Source: Desulfatiglandales bacterium (GTDB lineage: Bacteria; Desulfobacterota; DSM-4660; Desulfatiglandales; Desulfatiglandaceae). From it: DNA of 64,000 bases. The number at the start of each line of letters is the position of its first letter. Position 1 is the stretch's first letter. The notes beneath the pieces were generated by a model that saw only the letters and a program-made list of their open reading frames with translations, made no database searches and was not told the origin of the DNA. Below are positions 39,340-49,443 of the stretch, in pieces. The position numbers and the translations under genes are program-made. The DNA is taken from contig OY762721.1 in assembly GCA_963666345.1 (NCBI GenBank), positions 2,048,001-2,112,000 on the forward strand, in the 5' to 3' direction.

Positions 39340-39414
39340 ATCGCAATTTTTTCAGGACCGGCTCACAGAACCAGCCAATAATTTAATAAAAACCGATTAT
39401 CAGGAGAATCGATC

Positions 39415-40089
39415 ATGTTTGTAGGCCGCATTATGCACACGGATCTTGTTACCGCACCCCCCGATACGTCCCTTGCCAGGGCAAAAGAGATGCTGGATGA
39501 AAAGGAGATCGATCATCTTCTCGTGCTGGATAAACAGGGAAAACTTACAGGTATAGTATCGGACAGAGACCTCAAACAAAGCTGGGCATCTCCTGCCACT
39601 TCGCTCAGCAGGCACGAATTGAGCTATATCCTCGATTCCCTTACCGTGGATATGATAATGGTCAAAAAGATCATTACCATAACTGCTGCCACCACTATCG
39701 AAAGGGCCGCTCTGATCATGCAGGAACACAGGATAAACGCCCTGCCTGTGATGGAAGATGAAACACTGATAGGGATCATCACAAGCACCGACGTGATGGG
39801 AGTGCTTTTGGAGGCAAACGGGATAGACGACGACAGCACCAGATTCGTTGTCATGGTAACCGACCGTATCGGCTCCATAGCTGAAGTGTCAAGGATACTG
39901 AAAGATCAGAAGATCAATATCAGAAGTATTTTTTCCTATCCTGAAAAAAAATATCCCGGGGTATTTCAGCTTGTCATGAGGGTCTCCGCATCGAATGGAG
40001 ACAAGGCGATTGCAGCTCTGACCGAAGGGGGTTTCAAGGTCCTTACCGATTATGTAGAAGACGTATCCGCCTATCTGCCCGACAAGTGA
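39415..40089 (+). CDS. CBS-pair + ACT domain protein (AcuB-like)
   Basis: GIVSDRDL and GIITSTD CBS repeats; DRIG.IAEV..IL....INI ACT domain. Confidence 0.85.
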   Translation: MFVGRIMHTDLVTAPPDTSLARAKEMLDEKEIDHLLVLDKQGKLTGIVSDRDLKQSWASPATSLSRHELSYILDSLTVDMIMVKKIITITAATTIERAALIMQEHRINALPVMEDETLIGIITSTDVMGVLLEANGIDDDSTRFVVMVTDRIGSIAEVSRILKDQKINIRSIFSYPEKKYPGVFQLVMRVSASNGDKAIAALTEGGFKVLTDYVEDVSAYLPDK

Positions 40090-40214
40090 ACCCCTTATAC
40101 CCCGGAAAGGATGCCAGAGTCTGAAATCGGTTGCGGCATAAACCTAATCCGGCCGTCACAGGGATCTTTTGACAAACGATCTTATGTGGAAGCCTTTTTT
40201 CGAGAGCCTCATTT

Positions 40215-40400
40215 ATGCAGAAAAAGACAGATGGAACCAAAATTGCTCCCACCGGTGAAGGAGGGAAGGTAAAGCTTGAAATATATGGTGACGAGATGAT
40301 TGAAAAGACCGTCAAGCAAAGTGGAAACAGCGGTCGAGTCTACCTTCCCCCGAACTGGGTCGGGTGCCGGGTCAAAATCGTGAGGATAAGTGAAGATTGA
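40215..40400 (+). CDS. DUF2080-family small protein
   Basis: EKTVKQSGNSGRVYLPPNWVG.RVKIVR motif. Confidence 0.75.
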   Translation: MQKKTDGTKIAPTGEGGKVKLEIYGDEMIEKTVKQSGNSGRVYLPPNWVGCRVKIVRISED

Positions 40401-40436
40401 TTTTGAAGGCCAAAATATTATATCCGAGGGCGCTTG

Positions 40437-40871
40437 ATGAAAAAGTTTCTTATAAGGAAAATCAGGGTAGAGGACGCTCAGCAAATCAGCGAAATAGAGG
40501 CTGCAGTTACCAAATCATCGGCAAAGATAGATTTCAAAAAGATAATCGAGAAACAGCTCAGATCAGATGAAGATGCCAGTTTCGTAGCGGAAATAGACAA
40601 TAAGGTGGCAGGCTACATGATAAGTTACACCTTTGTCGGGGGATTCGGCCTTGAAAAATGCGCATGGATCGCGACCCTGGGAGTAAACCCCAAATTCATG
40701 GGACAGGGCATAGGCAAAAAGCTGGCCGAAGAGATACTCAGGATCTACAAGGAAAAAAACATATTCAAGATATTTACCGCTGTTCCTTGGGACTCGGTTG
40801 ACCTTCTCTCATTTTTCAAGACCATGGGCTTCAACCGAAGCGATTTCATCAATCTGAGCAAGGAACTGTAA
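40437..40871 (+). CDS. GNAT-family N-acetyltransferase
   Basis: LGVNPKFMGQGIGKKL acetyl-CoA motif; FFKTMGF. Confidence 0.88.
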   Translation: MKKFLIRKIRVEDAQQISEIEAAVTKSSAKIDFKKIIEKQLRSDEDASFVAEIDNKVAGYMISYTFVGGFGLEKCAWIATLGVNPKFMGQGIGKKLAEEILRIYKEKNIFKIFTAVPWDSVDLLSFFKTMGFNRSDFINLSKEL

Positions 40872-40937
40872 AAGGTCAACTACTGAATTATCTGCTTTTG
40901 GGGAAAAACTATAGTTGGGGGGCCTTTTTATCCTTTA

Positions 40938-41179
40938 TTACCAAAGTCTCTTGTTAGCAAAGGCTCGGCCTGAATGGGATTGAGGTATTTTTCAAAGGAT
41001 AATGCCTTGTTTCGGTCTTTAAAGGCCGTGTAGGTGATTAGTTCCCAAGGCTTGAATTTTGAGGCATGGGGAGATTAACCGCAATTGTGTGCTTCTATTC
41101 GGCTTCTCAGCTCTTCTGAAAAACCTACCTATTTTTGACTTCGATCCGGTATACTTCTAAGCATGTAGACATAATACAT
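40938..41179 (-). pseudogene. GIY-YIG nuclease pseudogene
   Basis: MYYVYMLRS......*VGFSEELRSRIEAHNCG*SPHASKFKPWELITYTAF.....A..FEKYL then a frameshift to SHSGRAFANKRLW*. Confidence 0.8.
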
Positions 41180-41322
41180 GATTTTCATCCAGAACCGGAT
41201 AACTGCCCGGCTTCGCCTTCTGCTTATCCGGGCACGCTTTTTTCAGTTTTATACCCACTTTTCTTTATATCGAGCTTTGGCTTTTACTTTGGCCTGCCAG
41301 GCGGAGCCAGCAGGGCGAAGCG

Positions 41323-41674
41323 TGGTGGAGGCGGGGGGAGTCGAACCCCCGTCCGGAAACATTCCGCTTAGGCGTCTACATACATAGCCCGATGTTTTCG
41401 ATTCGCCCTTTGGTTAGCTATCAGGCAACGCTTCCAACAGGCTAACCTGCATAAGTTTTCGCATCACCGTACCGCAGGTATGTCGGATCTGCTAGCCCGC
41501 TAGTCGACGCCCTGTTCGGTCCCGCGAGCTTAGACCGACAGAACGCTAGCCTTATGCGGCTAGAGAGTACGCATAATCGTCTGCGTTTACTTTTGCCCAA
41601 CCGTTTTACGAGCAGCTGGAACCTCGGTATGCAACCTAAACTTCAACTATCCCCGTCGAAACCGGGTCGCCCCC
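41323..41674 (-). ncRNA. ssrA: tmRNA; tag peptide (A)ADDYAYSLAA encoded at 41584-41552
   Basis: 5' GGGGGCGACCCGGTTTCGAC, 3' GGTTCGACTCCCCCCGCCTCCACCA; downstream of smpB. Confidence 0.97.
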
Positions 41675-41694
41675 TTTACCAATATTTATTAAAT

Positions 41695-41723
41695 ATTTTA
41701 ATCATTTCCAGGCACTCTGTCAA
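41695..41723 (-). promoter_or_regulatory. sigma70 promoter of ssrA
   Basis: TTGACA-17 nt-TAAAAT overlapping the smpB stop codon. Confidence 0.75.
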
Positions 41724-42175
41724 TACTCTTCCCTCTTCTTTACCTGCTCTATATCCCTTTTCATCTCTTTTTCCTTGAGGGCCTGCCTCTTGTCGTATTT
41801 GCGTTTTCCCTTGGCAAGGGCGATTTCAACCTTTGCCCAGCCCTCCTTGAAATAGACCTTTGTGGGAATGAGGGTATAGCCTTTTTCTTCCGCCTTTCCG
41901 ATCAGCCTTTTTATCTCTTTATTGCTCAGAAGAAGCTTCCTTACCCTCACAGGCTCAAGCGGCATATTATGCGCAAACGGGTAGGGGCTTATATGCATAT
42001 TGTACAAAAAGACCTCCCCTGCCTTGACCCTTGCATAACTGTCCGTAAGATTACCCCGGCCCTCTCTGAGAGATTTTACCTCAGGGCCCTGAAGGACTAT
42101 CCCGGCCTCGATCCGCTCATCGATAAAATATTCATGGGATGCCTTCCGGTTCTGACATACGATCTTTATTCCCAT
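41720..42175 (-). CDS. smpB: SsrA-binding protein
   Basis: NRKASHEY, EVKSLREG, GKRKYDKR. Confidence 0.97.
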   Translation of the reverse strand: MGIKIVCQNRKASHEYFIDERIEAGIVLQGPEVKSLREGRGNLTDSYARVKAGEVFLYNMHISPYPFAHNMPLEPVRVRKLLLSNKEIKRLIGKAEEKGYTLIPTKVYFKEGWAKVEIALAKGKRKYDKRQALKEKEMKRDIEQVKKREEY

Positions 42176-42232
42176 CTTGTTTTGCCCTCCAAATCGGTTT
42201 TAGAGGAAAAATTGAGGGCTATTTTTTTCTTT

Positions 42233-44017
42233 TCAACCACCTAGATATCCCTTTTCTTCCAGTTCCGGTACGATACTTTGCATCTTGGCCATCATATAAC
42301 CTCTTACTTCATCGGCCGTCTTTAATCTAAAGATGTTTTCAAGGTCCTTTTCCGCCTCTTTGCGGGACAGGGACCTGACGATTTTCTTGATGAGCGGAAT
42401 CGACCTGGAATTGAGACTCAGGTCCTCTATTCCCAGGGCCACCAGGATAAAAATACAGAGTGGGTCTCCCGCCATTTCACCGCATATGGAAAGGCCTATT
42501 CCCGCTTCCTTTGTGGCCATGACGACCTGTTTGATCATCCTTAATATGGCCGGATGAAAGGGCTCGAACATATATGCGACATGCTCGTTTATCCTGTCGC
42601 TGGCAAGGGCGTACTGAATGAGGTCATTGGTGCCTATGCTGAAAAAATCCACGTGTGCGGCAAGCACGTCCGCCATTGTAACCGCTGAGGGGACCTCGAT
42701 CATGATCCCAATCCTTATGCGATCATCAAAATCCACCTTTTCTCTTTCAAGCTCCCTCTTGGCCTGATCCAGAAGCTCTTTGGCATCAAGGAGTTCCCTC
42801 AGCCCCGATATCATCGGAAACAATATCTGGACCTGACCGTATATACTCGCCCTCAATATCGCCTTAAGCTGAGTCTTGAATATCGCCGGTTCCTTCAGAC
42901 AAAACCTTATGGCCCTCATGCCGAGTGCCGGATTGGCCTCATTCATCAATTCAAACGAACCGGCTATCTTGTCTCCCCCGAGATCAAGGGTTCGGATGGT
43001 TACACAGGCCGGAGCCATTATTTCCGCAACCTCCCTGTAGTTCTCAAAAAGTTCCTGCTCACTCGGCAATTTTCTGCTTCTCAAATAAAGGATCTCAGTC
43101 CTGTAAAGACCGATACCCTCTCCACCATGTTCCTTGATAGCGGCAACTTCCTCCAGAAATTCTACGTTTGCAGAAACATTTATCCTGTGACCGTCCGAGG
43201 TGACCGCCGGAAGATGGCTGATACGGGCTATACTCGACTTATATTCCTCATACCCCAGCTGCCTTTCCTGATAATGGATGATTTCGCTATCGTCAGGATT
43301 TATGACGACATCGCCGCTGTTTCCATCCACTATAAGGAGATCACCCTCCTGGACCGCATCGGTTGCCGACTCAAGGCCCACTATTGCCGGAATCTCAAGG
43401 GCCTGGGCGATGATGCCGGTATGAGAGGTCCTTCCCCCGGCATCCGTAATAAAGCCCATAACCTTTTCTATGTTCAGTTCGCTGGTATCTGCAGGAGACA
43501 GATCATGGGCCACGATAATTACTCTCTCGTTTATTTCCCCGATTCCGTCCGAGTCCTCACCCGCAAGATTCCGCAGAATCCTGTCGGCCACATTTTCAAC
43601 ATCCGTTATCCTGGTGCTGATATATTCATCTTCAATCTGTCGAAAGATGCCGCGGATTTCCTCAAGGGATTTTTTAAGCGCCCATTCAGCATTTATTTTT
43701 TCCTCGTCGATTCTTCTGATCGTAGAGCCTGTGAGCATGCTGTCCTTTAATATCATCAAATGGCTTTCAATAATAAAGGCGTGCTCTTTTACCAGGTCGG
43801 CCATTCCGTTTTTGACCCTGGTAAGCTGGCGTTCCGTTGTCTCAAGGGCATTTTCAAATCGTGCGACTTCCGCTTTTACCTGTTCCTCACCGATGAGATA
43901 CTGGTAGAGGATCTTGACCGTTTTCCTGTCAACCAGGTGTGCCTTACCGATTATTATACCCGGTGAAACGGCTATTCCGCTCAGTTTCCTTATTGTACCG
44001 CTCTGATATTCCGTCAT
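42233..44017 (-). CDS. ptsI: PTS enzyme I
   Basis: GGRTSHTGI phospho-His, GIGLYRTE, FFSIGTNDL. Confidence 0.95.
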   Translation of the reverse strand: MTEYQSGTIRKLSGIAVSPGIIIGKAHLVDRKTVKILYQYLIGEEQVKAEVARFENALETTERQLTRVKNGMADLVKEHAFIIESHLMILKDSMLTGSTIRRIDEEKINAEWALKKSLEEIRGIFRQIEDEYISTRITDVENVADRILRNLAGEDSDGIGEINERVIIVAHDLSPADTSELNIEKVMGFITDAGGRTSHTGIIAQALEIPAIVGLESATDAVQEGDLLIVDGNSGDVVINPDDSEIIHYQERQLGYEEYKSSIARISHLPAVTSDGHRINVSANVEFLEEVAAIKEHGGEGIGLYRTEILYLRSRKLPSEQELFENYREVAEIMAPACVTIRTLDLGGDKIAGSFELMNEANPALGMRAIRFCLKEPAIFKTQLKAILRASIYGQVQILFPMISGLRELLDAKELLDQAKRELEREKVDFDDRIRIGIMIEVPSAVTMADVLAAHVDFFSIGTNDLIQYALASDRINEHVAYMFEPFHPAILRMIKQVVMATKEAGIGLSICGEMAGDPLCIFILVALGIEDLSLNSRSIPLIKKIVRSLSRKEAEKDLENIFRLKTADEVRGYMMAKMQSIVPELEEKGYLGG

Positions 44018-44280
44018 TTGGGTTCACCGAATTTTTGCGAAAACAGTTCTTCAAGGGCATCCATAAAAAGCCGCTCATCCTCTCCTTCTACATTGACCTC
44101 AATTTCCGAGCCCTTGGGGCATGACAGGCTCAGTATGGAAAGGATACTAGATCCGTCCACTTCCTGGCCACCTTTTCTGAGAAAGAGTGTTGACCTGTAC
44201 CTGTTGCCCAGTTCCACGATCTTTGCAGCGGCACGTGCGTGCAGACCGAGATGGTTTTTAATCTTTATCCTTTTTATCAA
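44014..44280 (-). CDS. ptsH: HPr phosphocarrier protein
   Basis: GLHARAA, VDGSSILSI. Confidence 0.93.
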   Translation of the reverse strand: MIKRIKIKNHLGLHARAAAKIVELGNRYRSTLFLRKGGQEVDGSSILSILSLSCPKGSEIEVNVEGEDERLFMDALEELFSQKFGEPK

Positions 44281-45187
44281 TTAGGGCCGCCTCAACATCC
44301 TCTTGCTCATTCATCCGTGCAAGGGATTCCTTGTACACCTTCCTGTATGGGAGCCCATATTCACCGGAAACCTTTCCTGCGATATCTCTTATGGTCATCC
44401 CCTTTTCCAGGAGTTCCGAAATCCTTTCAAAAACCTCCTCTGAAAGTATCGGCCCCTGTCTTGTGGATTTATCACCGGCCATGACAAGGGTCAATTCACC
44501 TTTTACTCCCCGGGATCTGAAATCCTCGTAAATCAGACTTGCCGGCCCCCTTTTAATCTCCTCAAACACCTTTGAAATCTCTCTTAAAACAACCATTTCG
44601 CGATCTCCAAGGATGTCATGGATGTCCTTCAAGGTCCCGACTATGCGGTGGGGTGCCTCAAACAAAACCATGGTACGCTGCTCATTTGAAAGTCCCTTGA
44701 GCTCCTTTCTCCGTTTGCCTGCCCTGACCGGCAAAAAGCCCAGGAAGACAAATTTTTCAGAGGGAAATCCTGACACGGAAAGAGCCGCCGCAACAGCCGA
44801 AGGTCCCGGAACAGGGGTGGAACGAATCCCCTCTGATGCCGTCATCTTGATCAGCGTTCCCCCGGGATCGGAAATACCTGGTGTTCCGGCATCCGTTACC
44901 AGGGCCACATCTTTTCCCGATTTTAAAATTCTTATGAGATCAGGGGCCTTGACCTTCTGATTGTGCTGGTTAAAGGCGGTTATCCTGGTCTTTATATCGT
45001 AATGCCCACACAGCCCCTTTGTATGAGACCGGTTCTCAGCCGCTATGAGATCACAGTTTTTAAGGATTTTCAGAGCCCTGAAGGTAATGTCTTCAAGATT
45101 CCCGATAGGGGTGGCCACCACGAATAGTGTTCCCGGGACCTCATCGCTGCCCTTGTCGGTTCTGCTGTGAGAAACTGCCCTCTGCAA
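44258..45187 (-). CDS. rsmI: 16S rRNA C1402 2'-O-methyltransferase
   Basis: VATPIGNLEDIT, DAGTPGISDPG, FEAPHR. Confidence 0.95.
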   Translation of the reverse strand: MQRAVSHSRTDKGSDEVPGTLFVVATPIGNLEDITFRALKILKNCDLIAAENRSHTKGLCGHYDIKTRITAFNQHNQKVKAPDLIRILKSGKDVALVTDAGTPGISDPGGTLIKMTASEGIRSTPVPGPSAVAAALSVSGFPSEKFVFLGFLPVRAGKRRKELKGLSNEQRTMVLFEAPHRIVGTLKDIHDILGDREMVVLREISKVFEEIKRGPASLIYEDFRSRGVKGELTLVMAGDKSTRQGPILSEEVFERISELLEKGMTIRDIAGKVSGEYGLPYRKVYKESLARMNEQEDVEAALIDKKDKD

Positions 45188-45258
45188 TGTTTATCCCCGC
45201 TGGTTTTTTAAAAAAGGATGCATTTTATTAGGGTCAATCAGGTCGTAATGCGGGCGGG

Positions 45259-45627
45259 CTAATATTCGAGTTCAAAGGCATTTTTTACTATCTCGATCTC
45301 CGGTTCCCCACCCCCTACATTTACCGCAATGACATCAAAACGGGCCCTGCTGTCAAAATATTCATTCGTCTTCATATAGTATAATGCCACTTTTGACAGC
45401 TGTCTTCTCTTTTTGAGATTTACCGCCTCTTTTGCATACCCCGTCGATCTGTTCCGTCTTGTCTTCACTTCGATAAACACAAGAGTGTCTTCATCCCTGG
45501 CTATAAGATCAATCTCTCCTAATTTGCACGAGTAATTTCGGATAATGCTCCTGTAACCCCGGGCCCGTATCTCTTTTAGCGCAAGTTTTTCACCGAGCAC
45601 GCCCAGATCAAGTCTTTTCCTTGTCAC
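45259..45627 (-). CDS. yraN: YraN/UPF0102 family nuclease-like protein
   Basis: GEIDLIA..LVFIEVKTR, RFDV. Confidence 0.92.
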   Translation of the reverse strand: MTRKRLDLGVLGEKLALKEIRARGYRSIIRNYSCKLGEIDLIARDEDTLVFIEVKTRRNRSTGYAKEAVNLKKRRQLSKVALYYMKTNEYFDSRARFDVIAVNVGGGEPEIEIVKNAFELEY

Positions 45628-46285
45628 CTCTCAAGACCCCTTTGAAGCTTATTCGATGAATCGGACAATGCCCATACCGTTTAAGGGCCTCCATATGCCG
45701 GACGGTTCCATAGCCCTTATGCCTGTCGAAACCGTATAGAGGGTACTGGTTATGGTAGCAAAGCATTATTCTGTCCCTGTAAACCTTTGCCAGTACCGAG
45801 GCGGCCGAAATACTCCGGCTAAGCTGGTCGCCCCTTTTGATGCATCTCTGAGGGGTGGAAATTGGGACAGGATGGATACCGTCTACAAGTAGGAATTCAG
45901 GCGGGCGGGCAAGGGCAGATACGGCCCTCAGCATGGCCTCAAGGGAAGCCCGCAGAATGTTGAACTCGTCGATATATCGGTGCGAGACGACTCCGATACC
46001 AAAGGACAGGGCCTCACGCTGGATAATTGGGAAGGCCTCCTCCCTGGAACGAGCCGTCATTTTCTTTGAATCCCTGATGCCTGAAAGTCGAGCATCCTCT
46101 GGAAGTATCACCGCGGCGGCCACAACCGGTCCTGCAAGCGGGCCTCTGCCGCACTCGTCAAGCCCGGCGACCAACCCGTAACCGGAATTTCGGGCAAGCC
46201 CTTCATAGTAGAAGGGATCCATTGAAACGCATCCTAAACTCTCAGGAAATAGGTTGAGATTCTTGTTCTGAGAAGGCTGCAGCAA
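45608..46285 (-). CDS. rnhB: Ribonuclease HII (start may be 46222)
   Basis: GLDECGRGPLAGPV, DSKK, SAASVLAKV.RD, HKGYGT. Confidence 0.95.
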   Translation of the reverse strand: MLQPSQNKNLNLFPESLGCVSMDPFYYEGLARNSGYGLVAGLDECGRGPLAGPVVAAAVILPEDARLSGIRDSKKMTARSREEAFPIIQREALSFGIGVVSHRYIDEFNILRASLEAMLRAVSALARPPEFLLVDGIHPVPISTPQRCIKRGDQLSRSISAASVLAKVYRDRIMLCYHNQYPLYGFDRHKGYGTVRHMEALKRYGHCPIHRISFKGVLRGDKEKT

Positions 46286-46529
46286 ATCTATAAAAGGCTA
46301 CTAGTTGGTTTCCATCCGGAAAAGGCGCCCGATATCCGTGTGAATCCGCATCCCGCTAGGCGGGATGAGAAGCACCACATGTAAATCTCCGGGCCCCTTG
46401 TTTCCTTGGGGTCCCCGGTTTCCTGCTCCGGAAACTTATCAGTGTCCCTGATTCGATTCCTGTATGGGCACCGGTCAACGTTATTTTCAAGGCCGGATCT
46501 GTTAATATCGCGCACAAAACCCCGCTTAA

Positions 46530-46877
46530 CTATCTGAACCTCTTTTCCTTTATGCGAGCGGCCTTGCCCCTTAACTTTCTGAGATAAAACAGTCTTGCTC
46601 TTCTGACCCTGCCTTCGGTCACAACCTCGACCTTGTCAATGGAAGGAGAATGAAGGGGAAAGATCTTTTCCACACCAATTCCATAGGAAACCTTCCTTAC
46701 CGTAAAGGTTGAACCTGTGGTTCCCTTCCTTTTTCTGATGACAACGCCCTGAAAGACCTGGATCCTTTCCTTTTCACCTTCCTTGATCCTGGCATGAACC
46801 CGGACAGTATCACCAGCCTTAAAATGAGGGATGTCCACCCTCATCTGTTCCTTTTCCAGCATTTCAACTACATTCAT
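46530..46877 (-). CDS. rplS: 50S ribosomal protein L19
   Basis: [30 protein letters not shown]. Confidence 0.98.
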   Translation of the reverse strand: MNVVEMLEKEQMRVDIPHFKAGDTVRVHARIKEGEKERIQVFQGVVIRKRKGTTGSTFTVRKVSYGIGVEKIFPLHSPSIDKVEVVTEGRVRRARLFYLRKLRGKAARIKEKRFR

Positions 46878-46886
46878 TTTTTCCTC

Positions 46887-47462
46887 CTAGCCAACCACTT
46901 CATTCTCTCTGCCGACCAGTCTGTCCATAATTATGGCCGCAGCCGCCCTGACGGAAAGATGATTATAATCTGTTTTCCCATATACGGGGTCCAATGAATA
47001 ATCAGCTCTACTTATCGTATCCCTGTCAAGACCCCAAGCCGTTCCAAATATTATAAAGACCGCTCTGCCGGATTTCTGAAGAAGTTCTCTCGCCTTTTCA
47101 TAAGAAATGGCCCGCCCCTCTGTCTTTGAGGCATCCGTTGCTATGACAAGGGGATCTTCTCCCTCACTTTCTGATATCACGGTTTTTGCCGCTTCCACTG
47201 AAGGAGTTACGGAAACAAGCTCTATGGCTGACTTCCGGTGCTCATTGTACCTTGCGCCATGGCCCTCCACCCAGTGCTTTTTTACCCTGCCAACCAGTTC
47301 CTGCTGATCCTCAAGAGGGGTAACGACAAAAAATTTCTTCGCATCATAGGTCCTCGCCACCCTTGAAATATCGTGCAAATCAAGTGTGGTTACGGCAGAT
47401 GCGATTATATCAGAGTTCTTATTGTAAACAGGGTAGTGTACAAGCCCTATATAAAGATGCAT
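46887..47462 (-). CDS. SPOUT-class RNA methyltransferase (TrmD-associated, DUF2168-like)
   Basis: LVHYPV.NK, DLHDISR, FGTAWGL, YNHLSVR. Confidence 0.85.
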   Translation of the reverse strand: MHLYIGLVHYPVYNKNSDIIASAVTTLDLHDISRVARTYDAKKFFVVTPLEDQQELVGRVKKHWVEGHGARYNEHRKSAIELVSVTPSVEAAKTVISESEGEDPLVIATDASKTEGRAISYEKARELLQKSGRAVFIIFGTAWGLDRDTISRADYSLDPVYGKTDYNHLSVRAAAAIIMDRLVGRENEVVG

Positions 47463-47552
47463 GAACTATCGAGATTTCTATCCTTTCACATGATTCATCC
47501 GTTCAACAAAAAAGATCTGCGCAACCCGGCTTATTCGCACAATCTTAAGTAC

Positions 47553-48287
47553 TCAGTCCTGATTTTTCTCCTTGACAAGTCTGAGCAACCGTTTGTCCTC
47601 CCGGCTCAGATCCGCCCTTTCAAGCATGTCCGGCCTTTTTTCAAGGGTCTTTTTCAATGCCTGAAATCTTCGCCATTGCCGTATCTTTTCATGATCCCCC
47701 GACATGAGTATTTCAGGCACTTCCATCTCCATAAAGACCCGGGGTCTCGTATACTGAGGGTATTCCAGCAGACCGTCTTCAAAGGAGTCTTCAAGATTGG
47801 ACCTTTCACCGCCCAACACACCCGGTATGAGTCGGCCGACCGCGTCCATGATAACCATGGCGCCCAACTCTCCGCCACTGAGGACATAATCTCCCAGAGA
47901 TATCTCCCTGTCTGCAAATCCTGAGACGATCCTTTCGTCCACCCCTTCATAACGACCGCAAACAAGGATGATCTGATCAAAGCGGGACAGTTCCCAGGCA
48001 TCGGCCTGGCTGAAGGTTTTGCCCTGGGGACTTAACAGGACAACCAGGCCGTTTTCCGACCTATCAACGGATTTCAGGGCACCGTATATGGGTTCAGGCT
48101 TCATAACCATCCCCTCTCCCCCGCCGTAAGGTCTGTCATCCGTTGTCTTGTGATTTCCCTTTGCGAAATCGCGTATATTTGTGAGCCTTACATGAATCAA
48201 TCCGTTTGTTACCGCCCTGCCGAAAACGCCTTCTTCAAGATAGGCGTCAAACATGGCCGGGAACAATGTAAGGATGTCAAATATCAT
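47553..48287 (-). CDS. trmD: tRNA (guanine-N1)-methyltransferase
   Basis: DDRPYGGGEGM, CGRYEGVDER, SLGDYVLSGGE. Confidence 0.97.
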   Translation of the reverse strand: MIFDILTLFPAMFDAYLEEGVFGRAVTNGLIHVRLTNIRDFAKGNHKTTDDRPYGGGEGMVMKPEPIYGALKSVDRSENGLVVLLSPQGKTFSQADAWELSRFDQIILVCGRYEGVDERIVSGFADREISLGDYVLSGGELGAMVIMDAVGRLIPGVLGGERSNLEDSFEDGLLEYPQYTRPRVFMEMEVPEILMSGDHEKIRQWRRFQALKKTLEKRPDMLERADLSREDKRLLRLVKEKNQD

Positions 48288-48810
48288 TCAATTCAAGCAA
48301 TCCTTCCAATACCGAGATAATCATTTTTCCTTTTTCGAGATCAATTTCCCTGACTACTTCGTCTATTGCAGGGATCAGGAACTCCTGTTCCCCGCGCCTG
48401 ACCTGGTAGACATCGTTGGCGCCGGTATATATTATCTGCTCTATAGAACCAAGGAATTCCCCGTTTTCAAGATAGACATCCAGGCCCTTGAGCTCGTACC
48501 AGAATAATTCATCCTCCTGACGCGACACGGACCCTTTTTCCACAAAGATCAGGGCGCCCCTGTATCTTTCACTCTCATCAAGTGAATCAAGCCCTTCAAG
48601 TTTCATCAAAAAGACATTTTTGTGCGGCTTCACCGAAAGGATCTTGAATTTATCGACCTCTCCCTGCTCGGTCCTCAGAAAGGCTGTCCCCGCCTCCAGA
48701 AAAGAATGCCCGGAACTGGCATAAGACCAGATTCTGAGAAGACCTCCGGCACCGTGTGGCCTTAGAACCCGGCCTATGAGAAGCCATCTGTCTGGTGAAA
48801 CCGGGGGCAA
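48277..48810 (-). CDS. rimM: Ribosome maturation factor RimM
   Basis: IGRV..PHG..G, TGANDV, LIPAI; conserved synteny. Confidence 0.93.
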   Translation of the reverse strand: MPPVSPDRWLLIGRVLRPHGAGGLLRIWSYASSGHSFLEAGTAFLRTEQGEVDKFKILSVKPHKNVFLMKLEGLDSLDESERYRGALIFVEKGSVSRQEDELFWYELKGLDVYLENGEFLGSIEQIIYTGANDVYQVRRGEQEFLIPAIDEVVREIDLEKGKMIISVLEGLLELNDI

Positions 48811-48812
48811 AT

Positions 48813-49043
48813 TTATTCGAGAATCTCCAAAACCGACCGCTTGTTAATTTTGGTGGAGGCCGCGCTGAGGATCGTCCTCATTGCTCTTGCCGTACGCCCT
48901 TGTTTGCCTATCACCTTCCCCAGATCCTCCTTGGCGACCTTAAGCTCAATAACGGAGGTCTGTTCACCTTCTATTTCGGTGACAACGACGTCCTCTGGCT
49001 TATCCACAAGTGCTCTGGCGATGTACGCAATCAATTCCTTCAT
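48813..49043 (-). CDS. khpA: KH-domain RNA-binding protein
   Basis: [18 protein letters not shown]. Confidence 0.93.
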   Translation of the reverse strand: MKELIAYIARALVDKPEDVVVTEIEGEQTSVIELKVAKEDLGKVIGKQGRTARAMRTILSAASTKINKRSVLEILE

Positions 49044-49083
49044 CTCGATTCACCTCCGTATTTGGTTTCACCTCTACGCCACA

Positions 49084-49347
49084 TCAATTCTCTTTTGAAT
49101 GAGCCTTAAGCAGACCTTGTTTTCTAAGAAGAGACCTTGCGGACTCCGACACAAGCGCTCCCTTATCCAGCCAGGAATTTACTTTCTCTTCATGGACCTT
49201 TACTTCTGCGGGATCCTTCATGGGATCATAATATCCCAATATCTCGATGAATTTTCCGTCACGAGGAGCCTCCGAGTCGGCGGCAACAACGCGGTAAAAG
49301 GGTTTCTTCTTGGAACCCATCCTTGCCAATCTAATCCTCACTGCCAT
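49084..49347 (-). CDS. rpsP: 30S ribosomal protein S16
   Basis: [27 protein letters not shown]. Confidence 0.98.
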   Translation of the reverse strand: MAVRIRLARMGSKKKPFYRVVAADSEAPRDGKFIEILGYYDPMKDPAEVKVHEEKVNSWLDKGALVSESARSLLRKQGLLKAHSKEN

Positions 49348-49443
49348 TAGCCTCTATCACCCCCTATGGATAAATTACTTCGATTTTCATTAATCGCTTA
49401 CCTTCAAAAAAACAACAAAAACAAATTGAAAGAAACTCCATGC

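Noticed and set aside
41323..41360. tRNA gene or prophage att duplication
   Set aside because: It is the tRNA-like 3' end of tmRNA; no duplicated 3' end or integrase was seen in the window.
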